From NCBI GenBank assembly GCA_002811645.1, contig PDIP01000006.1, positions 1 to 64,000 of the forward strand: a stretch of 64,000 nucleotides of DNA. The letters run 5' to 3'. Made by a program: the position numbers and the translations under genes. Below the pieces are notes generated by a model. The model did not search any database. It worked only from the letters and a program-made list of their open reading frames with translations, and was not told the origin of the DNA. Each line of letters starts with the position of its first letter. Positions within the stretch are counted from its first letter, which is position 1. This document shows positions 43,701 to 50,844 of the stretch, piece by piece. The stretch comes from Corallochytrium limacisporum Hawaii. Lineage: Eukaryota; Protista; Pluriformea.

Positions 43701-46393
43701 TCCAAGTCCTTGGTGGTCATTGGTTGCCCTTCTTCGGTCAGGAACAAGTTCTCAGCTCCTTTGAACCCCTTGTCCTGTCCCAATAGGGCCGGATGTACAT
43801 ATTTGCAGTAGACACGAAGCACACGCGACACAACTGGAGGAATGGGAATCTCGGTGGCATGTCCGGCCAAACAGTTCTTGTGCTCAAGGGGCATGTCCAC
43901 AAAGCTGACCATTTCGCGATCCAACGTTGAGTCCCCGGAGTGCACCAGGTGACTCAGATATCCGTACACCATCTTGGTGCAGTCACCATCAGTCCCGGCG
44001 GGAACAGCAGCCAACCTGAACGCGGCTTCCTGTTCGTAGCCGCAGCCAAACTCACCACTGGCCCTTGTGAGACCACACAGCACGGAGGGGCGCTGGTTGG
44101 GTACTAAATAGTTTAGAAGCATGACGAGAAGCATTACCATCTGTACGCGCACAATACCGTTCTCCCTAACGTATCTACAAATATGAGACTGTCGGTTCGT
44201 TCCGTCGTTAGCGCTGACCAGATCAAGGAAGTCCCGAACAGCTGGCTCGATGAGGTCAGTGAGTCCTGTCATCATGGCGAGGACGTCAGTCTGCCGCGGC
44301 ACACGACCCTTCTCCTCATCGTGCCGGCTGGTGCGTGCAGTGTTCTCGACCTCAATATTTGGATACAGATCATTCTCTTTGGTGAGGTTCTTCAGGAGAT
44401 CCAGGACTCTTTGCGACCCTTCCAGGACGTGCTGGCATCGGGCTGCAGTGGGCATGAGTTCATGAATGTTGGCCGCGCGCAGCGCCTCCACCAATTTTCT
44501 CATTCTTGTAATTTTGTTCCTCCTAGCCCCAGCACATACCGTCCAGTGCCACTTGCGTGTTTCACGGTCATCATCAAAGTCGTCAGTGCCGTCATCGGCA
44601 TTGTCCGCGGATGCCCCCCTCTTCTGAACCACAACTCGGCGGAAATACTCCGCATGCCATTCCGGCTCTGCCATAATGATCTCAAACAGAAAGGTCCAGT
44701 CGCTGTTGAGGTCCTCTATCCTACAAACCAGATGAGCAGGAGGTACAGAGTCCTGCTCGAGTAGTGAGTCCACCTCTGGATCATCAACGGGCCGGGTGGC
44801 AAGATCCAGGAAGAAGGTCCAAAATTGCCGGCCCATGCCCAGGATGGCTTCAAAGAAGGAGCTCCGGCGCGTTCCATCGTTGGCGGGTATCCACTTGGAC
44901 AACATGGAGGATACGAGAGTAGTACCATCAAAGTTCTTGTTTAACCAGGCCTCCATGCGTTGTAGGTCCCCTGGTCGTTCACAAATGTGGTACAAGAAGG
45001 CGTGTAATTCGGTCTTGGTCGGAGTGCATCTTTGCTTGCCACCAACTCGCTCCTGGTTATGTACACACTTCATGGTTTTGGTCTGCGAGTCATTGAAATG
45101 TTTGATCACGCTCACAGCCACCACCCCATGGAGTAGAAGCTCCACAGTGAAATTGGAAGATCGCCCAGGTTCCAACCGATCATTTCCAATTTGATTGCGA
45201 GCAGTAGCCCTTTGCTCTGCCCGACATGAGAAATACAGAGAGTACCAAATTTGTGGATCTGGAAGCATCGCTACACTTGCCTGTAGGAATGCTTTTCGCA
45301 CCCCCAACACTCGAAGTGCATCAGGGGGGAGTTCCACTGCAGGCCCTTTGTGGTTGGGATTGTAGTTTATCTTGTGGGGGCCACTGTTCTCTTTGCAATC
45401 CTGTTTCTTTCTCCCGGCTCCTGGCTGTTGCCGACGCCATTTGCTTCGACATTGAACATCGCCCGTCCTACCATGGTAGGTTGGAAATGGCAGCTCATAC
45501 AAACCATTGCCAAAGGATCGATTCGAGCCCACATTTGCAGTCTCAACTGCCATCTTCTTTATTGTACGCACCATCGGATCACAGACCGGCAGGAGGATGG
45601 AGTCGGGCTGTCGATCCCGGTCTCCGTCCAGTGGCAATAGACTCCCGCCGTAGTGTTTCTCCTCATGTGTCATCAAGATATTGGAAGAAGCAAACGTATC
45701 CGCAGTTTGATCACCCAGGAAGTCTAGCCATCCAGGGTGGTGTTCGGCCTCGGTACCATCGATTCCGCTGTACCACCCGTCAAAAGATAGAATGCTGGCA
45801 ACCACGGAACGTTCGAGGATCAGACGTAATTGTCCCGCTGTCATCGGGACCGGCATCGTCATGATGATACGAATTGTAATCAGTTGTGCTGTCGTGGAGG
45901 GGGATCGAACGTGCCACTGATAGGCATACTCTGCATCGCTTGCATCAAGTATTGCTTGCAGAAGGCTTGCAAACTCGGCGCGGTCGCCAGAAGGTTTAAT
46001 GTTTGGGACAAACTCAGTGGTCCAAAACTGGGTACGCAGGGACGACAAACATTGCCGTGGTCCTGGTTGGTGCAGAAAATTGTGGTCAGACATGCCATTC
46101 TCATCATCACAACCATGCAAGGTGATAAATGCTTTTGGCCCTACCGGGACATGGCGGTTGGTTCGGACTTCGGTCGGACAGTAGTGTCTGATGCGCTCGC
46201 TGGTAGTTGCAAAGCCATTGGCTCCGCACCATATGCAACTCCTTGTTCCAGTGAACCACACTGGTTGGAAATTGTCGTCAATCGGGACCAATTTTTTGGG
46301 GGATCTACTCCTGATCTTGCGGGGCTTCTTCGGTACCTGTTCATCGCCAGTGAATCCGAAAGTGCACACGGCTTGTTCACTGGCATTGCTCAT
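40790..46393 (-). CDS. ~1867-aa protein with two tyrosine-recombinase-like domains and Zn-binding motifs
   Basis: C-terminal domain: FPRQSIL (R), IKT (K), SHKVRH (HxxR), MGHT (H), DRY (Y). Central domain: NQRPSVL, HKN, LFLTEEG, SKCARK, QMN, LSY. First ATG at 46393 (the track start 46441 is GTG). Confidence 0.85.
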   Translation of the reverse strand: MSNASEQAVCTFGFTGDEQVPKKPRKIRSRSPKKLVPIDDNFQPVWFTGTRSCIWCGANGFATTSERIRHYCPTEVRTNRHVPVGPKAFITLHGCDDENGMSDHNFLHQPGPRQCLSSLRTQFWTTEFVPNIKPSGDRAEFASLLQAILDASDAEYAYQWHVRSPSTTAQLITIRIIMTMPVPMTAGQLRLILERSVVASILSFDGWYSGIDGTEAEHHPGWLDFLGDQTADTFASSNILMTHEEKHYGGSLLPLDGDRDRQPDSILLPVCDPMVRTIKKMAVETANVGSNRSFGNGLYELPFPTYHGRTGDVQCRSKWRRQQPGAGRKKQDCKENSGPHKINYNPNHKGPAVELPPDALRVLGVRKAFLQASVAMLPDPQIWYSLYFSCRAEQRATARNQIGNDRLEPGRSSNFTVELLLHGVVAVSVIKHFNDSQTKTMKCVHNQERVGGKQRCTPTKTELHAFLYHICERPGDLQRMEAWLNKNFDGTTLVSSMLSKWIPANDGTRRSSFFEAILGMGRQFWTFFLDLATRPVDDPEVDSLLEQDSVPPAHLVCRIEDLNSDWTFLFEIIMAEPEWHAEYFRRVVVQKRGASADNADDGTDDFDDDRETRKWHWTVCAGARRNKITRMRKLVEALRAANIHELMPTAARCQHVLEGSQRVLDLLKNLTKENDLYPNIEVENTARTSRHDEEKGRVPRQTDVLAMMTGLTDLIEPAVRDFLDLVSANDGTNRQSHICRYVRENGIVRVQMVMLLVMLLNYLVPNQRPSVLCGLTRASGEFGCGYEQEAAFRLAAVPAGTDGDCTKMVYGYLSHLVHSGDSTLDREMVSFVDMPLEHKNCLAGHATEIPIPPVVSRVLRVYCKYVHPALLGQDKGFKGAENLFLTEEGQPMTTKDLDGLFRVVNWAAWHQYWASRDVAPPVRDGQMLPIHMGSKCARKLQSRSVKQSGLLQHNYELHRAYYHSIQMNDRTADLSYEKTPAVDVGAAVGEINRRGRIKSLRSDPGFEQDVERLDQALLEIEHQEQVDACMLPKGTSTGRCPLPSIDLHSELMAYHPQPEAKDEAQEQEEILDADYGDESVLADGEDASEENNRTDKDEDMDKTLVDGISAVARVLVPISLVFRLPNTDFDMIVEPESLIDGTTTAQGGHVAWLQQWVETLWHGIGTIVTVALRRNGWHEWWQRKQKRDTEKASQPRQVLLAFACSEPRKTTSAHLADVRGYLLYCHRVHDYIPSMTDTLLRDPRQLLRPFYDNGMVTQWIELKLKQSLSRAFDTFKQAHKDKHIQFRRYYRRIVVSYAQGDSFLRKLYKMPRTLAGSVRSVLNVSKALRDIVRLMKAPANHGRSSGSHHGSTALNRHAAVAQIMKASGIQAQWNKSISDLQLALRNLDNQRKLVDTYCSSHERALATGKIPRDGFKGLDEYLNKSLHHFLMPFFKSINNHPDGMGRLLDDDNRTLLHHLLSFGSDANCVRDENVQYVPPPSPVQQLISLSRRIQEHVLTQVMGTGFPRQSILRAALVGSFERATAAEQAMRPLIGGHIYWPARIKTSCFKRKYIDRTWLYKELAKIVAWYIRIVLPVAAPDSVFPEALALHGPNPKSTQGSLRSVPELQRRIRERCFFLARNDRLRLKLPLFPLQCSRCPARADPVKSREHCRVCNQSVAIAFQHCVEELSGGECKMTSHKVRHLAVTYAVGLIDTTGSGNKRAYLEQLAQCMGHTVAVMLDRYLLQDPRRQSHLANFVMEACFAECYTHLRGKLRCPQIVDSDVDDKWTNLMGIARHKMGRAQAPTMAKPLGPYTGSHQLALPPAPMQCSQPAEGAATRGAQRKRLSGRRVGQRLPIGAPGRGVRRGCRATKVHSTHWHTVKPKKQ

Positions 46394-46879
46394 GTTTACA
46401 TGTGTTACTTTTCTATAACGCGCAAAAATGGAGATAGCCACGAACTACAGTATGCGACACACTATCGAACCTGATGTAGGTTGCAGTGCCCCAGGCATAT
46501 GGTCTTCGCGCGGTGAGATCAGGTGAAAGACTTGATGGCATCTGTGAGACCCACCCACCCTCAAACCACCCTGCCCTTGGGGTAATTTGAAACTTTCCCG
46601 GCACGGCTACGGCCAATTCCAGGTGAATTTTTCCTCCAATCCATAGGGGCGATCTTGTGTACTGAAGAGTCTCATAGAAAATCGCAATGGGAAATATATA
46701 CGGGGAAGCACTGGATCACGATTCACTATTAGACACTGAAAAGGCCTGGCGCGGCTTAAGGTGTACATATAAATGAGACTCCCGTCATCACCGGGGGCTG
46801 GCGGAAAAAAAAGAGAGAGTCTCCCTTATGCACTCCCCTCTCGCTCCTTCAGCTGATAGTAAAAGTACTACAAAACAGT

Positions 46880-47073
46880 AAATCTGGGGGTCTCACTATG
46901 GACGGTCACAGATCAGTATCCTGTGAACCGATTTCGAAGATTCGAAAACATGGAACATGGCAAGAACTTATTTTATACACCTGTGTTATGTTTAATTATC
47001 ATGTTTATGATGCATGTCCAAAAAAATTGCAAAAAAAAGAAGCTTGGAAATTCCGAGCAGGGTGATTCGAACA
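46880..47073 (-). repeat. Direct repeat, right copy (194 bp), supplying the 3' end and terminator of the intact tRNA-Tyr
   Basis: Near-identical to 40388-40582. Confidence 0.95.
47020..47038 (-). terminator. RNA polymerase III terminator (T8 then T7 tracts) downstream of tRNA-Tyr
   Basis: + strand aaaaaaattgcaaaaaaaa gives oligo-T on the tRNA strand ~13 nt after the discriminator; also present in the left repeat. Confidence 0.85.
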
Positions 47074-47170
47074 CCCGACCTAGAGATCACTATTCGGTAT
47101 GTTTAGTACCGGATTTCAGATGAATTTGCGCATCTACAGTCTCCCGCTCTACCAACTGAGCTATGCTCGG
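47052..47170 (-). tRNA. tRNA-Tyr(GUA) with a 46-nt canonical-position intron (47088-47133)
   Basis: Reverse complement folds as CCGAGCA/TGCTCGG acceptor, GCTC/GAGC D arm, GGAGA-CT-GTA-G^A-TCTCT anticodon arm and GGGTG-TTCGAAT-CACCC T arm; 73 nt after splicing; no encoded CCA. Confidence 0.97.
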
Positions 47171-47861
47171 TGAGTGCTTCTGATGGGCGAGGGTGGAAAA
47201 AAAGTATATAAACTACTGAGCAATGCACGTGTTTGAGTTAGGTTTTCAGTGAAAGTCTGGTGGCGGTGGGGTGATGGATGTGGGCAATTCGGTGGACGGG
47301 AAATGTCTACGTTTGAAGGGGGGCGGCAGGGGGGAGACTCCTCCATCGAGGAGCGAGGCGTGCTCGGTTGATATAACCCCACACACCACAAAAAGAGGAA
47401 AGTTTCTTCTTCCTTCCTTTTCTCTTGTTTCCTTTTCTTTCTTTCGTTTCTTTCCTTTGTCGTCCAGCTGGCGGCGCCTCTCGTCCCTCGAGAACCATGG
47501 CTCGGCCCTCCTGTTCTTCTATTTCCTCGAATACGCCAAGAGTGTGTACACACCCATGGAGGCATTGTTAGCATTTCCTTTTTTTTTTTTTTAACTGTTC
47601 TTCCCTCTCCCGATTCTTATTGTTGGCTCCGGCGGGGCTATTGCCAATACGAAAAAGGGACAGGGCCCGAGGGGAGGAGGAGGAGGGGGGCTTGCCGTGT
47701 TTTCCAGCCGTGGACTGTTTGTGTCCCGTAACGGGCAGGTAGTTGAGGGAAAAATTAGAAGGTTATGATATTGAAATTGAAATGCCCAAAGACCATGCAA
47801 CGACAGACACATACCCAAGAAAGAAAAAGAGAGCAACAAAGCCAATCTTAAACTCAAGAGG

Positions 47862-48719
47862 ATGTCGTCAAATCCACCACCTGGCTATGGCCAGCCGCCG
47901 CAGGGGTACGGACAGCCACCGCAGGGATATGGCCAGCCACCACAGGGATACGGACAGCCACCGCAGGGGCACGGACAGCCGCCGCAGGGGTACGGACAAC
48001 CACCGCAGGGGTACGGACAACCACCGCAGGGATATGGACAGCCGCCCCAGGGATATGGACAGCCGCCCCAGGGATATGGCCAGCCGCCGGCGCCGGGCCA
48101 AGACTACGGATCCATGCTTCCTTCAGAGTATAGAAACAATGGTCAGGGCGCGGAGCAGAGGCCCAGTGCGGGCACCGTTCCAGACAACTACGCACAAACG
48201 GCCCAGGCAGCATATGGTGGTCAACAGCCGCCATCAGAGCCGCTGCCATCGTCTCAGCAAGAACCACCTTCCTCAAAGAAGCAGCAAATGATGAACGAGC
48301 AACAACAAAACTATGCTCCGCCGCCCATGCCGCCACCGGGACAGGCACCGGGAGCGTATCCGTACCCACCAGCGGCCAACCCTGTTCCGGAAGGAACGGA
48401 TTTCAATGCCCGCGAAGTAAAAGACTTCCCCAACGAGTTCGACGACGAGTCCAAGGGCAAGGGTGCCTTCAAGAATTTCATTGGCCTAAACACTGCGCGT
48501 TGCGCAGTGTGCCAGCAAAAGAATCGAGTGCGCGATGGCCAGGCGCGAATCTACAGCTGCGGTCGCTGCGGGGAACTGTCCCTGGCGGAAGGGGTCAAGG
48601 GGCCCAAAGATCCAACCAAAAAATTTTTCCGCTGTGGCTGCAATGCACTGCTCATCATGGACAAAAACTCCATGATTTTCATGTGTCCACGTGAACGTGC
48701 AATTCGTGGCTGTGGCTAA
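47862..48719 (+). CDS. Pro/Gln/Gly/Tyr-repeat protein with TMEM55 (PIP4P)-like Cys-rich Zn domain
   Basis: About ten PPQGYGQ repeats; C-terminal CAVC...CGRC...[13 protein letters not shown]...CPR resembles the TMEM55 KKYVRCPCNCLLIC...CPR region. Confidence 0.7.
   Translation: MSSNPPPGYGQPPQGYGQPPQGYGQPPQGYGQPPQGHGQPPQGYGQPPQGYGQPPQGYGQPPQGYGQPPQGYGQPPAPGQDYGSMLPSEYRNNGQGAEQRPSAGTVPDNYAQTAQAAYGGQQPPSEPLPSSQQEPPSSKKQQMMNEQQQNYAPPPMPPPGQAPGAYPYPPAANPVPEGTDFNAREVKDFPNEFDDESKGKGAFKNFIGLNTARCAVCQQKNRVRDGQARIYSCGRCGELSLAEGVKGPKDPTKKFFRCGCNALLIMDKNSMIFMCPRERAIRGCG
47876..48089 (+). repeat. Coding 21-bp tandem repeat (PPQGYGQ)
   Basis: About ten units of ccRccNcagggRtaYggMcaR, mostly with synonymous variation. 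Confidence 0.9.
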
Positions 48720-48831
48720 GGGTACGGTGGTCACTAGTTCGCCTGTCTTGTCATTGTAATCAATAAACCTGCCATTCCACTTGACGTTTCCTGTGGAGCG
48801 ATTTTCCTTTTTCTTTTCTTCCGTCATTCGA

Positions 48832-49641
48832 TCAGACATCCTCTTCTGTTGCAGCTCCACCCGCACCAATAATAAGGTAAGGTTTCGCCTGCCGTGCCGC
48901 CTCAGCTTCGTGGGCCAAGTTTGTGCGGCGCACAGCTTCGTCGGTCGCAGCTTCGCGTGTACGTTCCTCGGCCAGGCGCCGCCGAATTTGCCGCTCTACC
49001 TTGGCCTTTCCGGGCTTGGCCTTGTGCCACTTTTGGCCCTGGATTTTGTAGGCTTCCTTAGCAGTCAACTTCTTGCCGGTCCTGTCACGATACTCAAGGG
49101 TAACCTGTGGGGTGTAGTCTAGTTTGAGCAGCTTCACCGTTTTGCTCTTCCTACCGTGGCTCGCAGTTGGGGCCTGCCCCGGGACATTCTCGTGCCTTGC
49201 TTCCGGCGCTGCGGCGCCACTGGAGGCAGGGCCCAGAATGTCATGCGTAACTAAACTGCTCAAACTCAGTGGGTGGTGATATGCAGGCACATTGCCCTTA
49301 CTTGCTGTCTCTTGCTCCTGGTCAACATGTGCGTCGTCCACACCGTCCCCGTCAACAGCATGCTCACTGTCGCCCTGTCTATCTTCCCCACGTCCGACCA
49401 AGTCAAGGAACGTCGACAGTGCATTAATGGTTAAGCCATCAGTTCGGGGGCCACTGGGTTCGGGCCTCGTGTGTTCGCGAGTCGACGGCGGCACAAGGTC
49501 GCTCTTGCCGTCGTGGACTGAGATTCTCGCCTCTGCCACCACTGTCGGTGCGACGGATGCCAGCACCACGTCGTCACCATCATCTTCTTCTCGCACGGTC
49601 CTTGTGCCCCTGTTTATCTTTCGTCGTTTTTTGAATGCCAT
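48832..49641 (-). CDS. Short SART1/Snu66-like U4/U6.U5 tri-snRNP protein (C-terminal domain only)
   Basis: DYTPQVTLEYRDRTGKKLTAKEAYK...WH...PGKAKVER...KPYLII matches the conserved SART1 C-terminus. Confidence 0.75.
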   Translation of the reverse strand: MAFKKRRKINRGTRTVREEDDGDDVVLASVAPTVVAEARISVHDGKSDLVPPSTREHTRPEPSGPRTDGLTINALSTFLDLVGRGEDRQGDSEHAVDGDGVDDAHVDQEQETASKGNVPAYHHPLSLSSLVTHDILGPASSGAAAPEARHENVPGQAPTASHGRKSKTVKLLKLDYTPQVTLEYRDRTGKKLTAKEAYKIQGQKWHKAKPGKAKVERQIRRRLAEERTREAATDEAVRRTNLAHEAEAARQAKPYLIIGAGGAATEEDV

Positions 49642-50259
49642 GGCGGGTGTGGATCACAGCAGCGCATGGTTGTACCCGATCAAGTGGTTCTTGACCTCGG
49701 TGGTCCCGCAGAAGGCCGGCGTCTTTTCGCGCGTAGCACTGTGGCCCAGCCCCCTCTTCTACCCTGGGCCCCCAAGGGGCCCGCAATCGCAAAACCGGGG
49801 GTGGGCGGCCCTGGGTGGCCCCCTCACCCCCACCTGCGAGGTGGCAAGCCATCAATTTTCGAGCTATGCACACTGGCGGGTGTCGGGACCAAACAGGAAA
49901 GTGGGTTAGGAAGCGGGGGGGCGCTGGCCCGAGGAAGCAGCGCCCGGGAACGAATGTCCCGGGGCGATCAACGGTAGGGTAAGGTAGAAAGGGGGAGTTG
50001 GGGGAGGGCCCCCCCCCCCCCTTGGGGGGAGGTGGGTTTGCGTTCAGTGGCTTATCATTGGCCTGAATTTGACCAAACAGGAAGAAAAAACAAGGAAAAA
50101 GGAACGAAGAAGTTTCTTTTTCTTTAGAACGCCAAAGCGTAAGGAAACGCCGCCGACGTGCAAAGTATAAAAAAGCAGTTTGGGGATAGGTTGGTCACGC
50201 ACAAATCAGTGGAACTTGCAAGCTCAACCAATAAAGACCTCATTTGAACTCTGGCCACC

Positions 50260-50751
50260 ATGGTGTTGCGGAGTGTCACGGCCTGGTTGCTGGTTACGAT
50301 TGTCGTCGTCACCGGGAGCAGTAGCTCTATGACAGAGCGTTACGCGGGAGATACGGTGCGGAGGCGGCAGGCAGACACAGGGTCCTTGTGTGGAACATTG
50401 CCCTACGCTACCACAGTTACAGACCTGGACAGTGCCAACACACAGGCACAGTCTCTGTATGATGAATTTGATGGGGCCCTGCGGCACAGTACCCAATGTC
50501 AGTCAGACGACTATTCCATAGTACAAACCTGCGACGACTGTCGGGAAGCCTACCGGAATTGGCTGTGCGTACAAATCTTTCCGCCCGACCTGACCACAGA
50601 GCAACCGCCGTGTCTGTCACAGTGCTACGAAGTCGTGCGGTCATGTCCCCGGTTTTTGCTCTTTGAATGTCCCCGGAGCGAGTTCATTGAAGACATGGGA
50701 TCCAATGCCGAATACTCCATGGACGACACGACCTGTACCCAGTTAACATAG
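50260..50751 (+). CDS. Mid1/NALF(FAM155)-like secreted Cys-rich protein (Cch1/NALCN channel auxiliary subunit family)
   Basis: Signal peptide, GCCACCATGG start context; YSIVQTCDDCREAYRNWLC...PCLSQCYEVVRSCP...FECP. Confidence 0.85.
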   Translation: MVLRSVTAWLLVTIVVVTGSSSSMTERYAGDTVRRRQADTGSLCGTLPYATTVTDLDSANTQAQSLYDEFDGALRHSTQCQSDDYSIVQTCDDCREAYRNWLCVQIFPPDLTTEQPPCLSQCYEVVRSCPRFLLFECPRSEFIEDMGSNAEYSMDDTTCTQLT

Positions 50752-50844
50752 CCCCGGTGCTTGGTATCAATTAATTCGTATTACATATAAACTTTCATCG
50801 TCCGTAAACAAAAGAAACCGTAATCCATTCCGTTGGCTCAGTAT

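Larger units (their letters stand above)
40583..47073 (-). mobile_element. Putative tyrosine-recombinase integrative element inserted in tRNA-Tyr (6491 bp between equivalent repeat positions)
   Basis: Flanking direct repeats start in the tRNA T arm; one giant YR-domain ORF; interrupts an otherwise housekeeping gene neighbourhood. Confidence 0.85.

Noticed and set aside
40388-47073. LTR or DIRS retrotransposon interpretation of the ~195-bp direct repeats
   Set aside because: No gag, RT, RNase H or DDE integrase motifs seen. Although the repeat begins TG on the minus strand, there is no matching target-site duplication, and the repeat starts inside a tRNA gene
47743-48369. Alternative-frame repeat ORFs (47743-48291 +, 47854-48369 -, 47868-48101 -)
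   Set aside because: Shadows of the 21-bp repeat; variation is mostly synonymous in the PPQGYGQ frame
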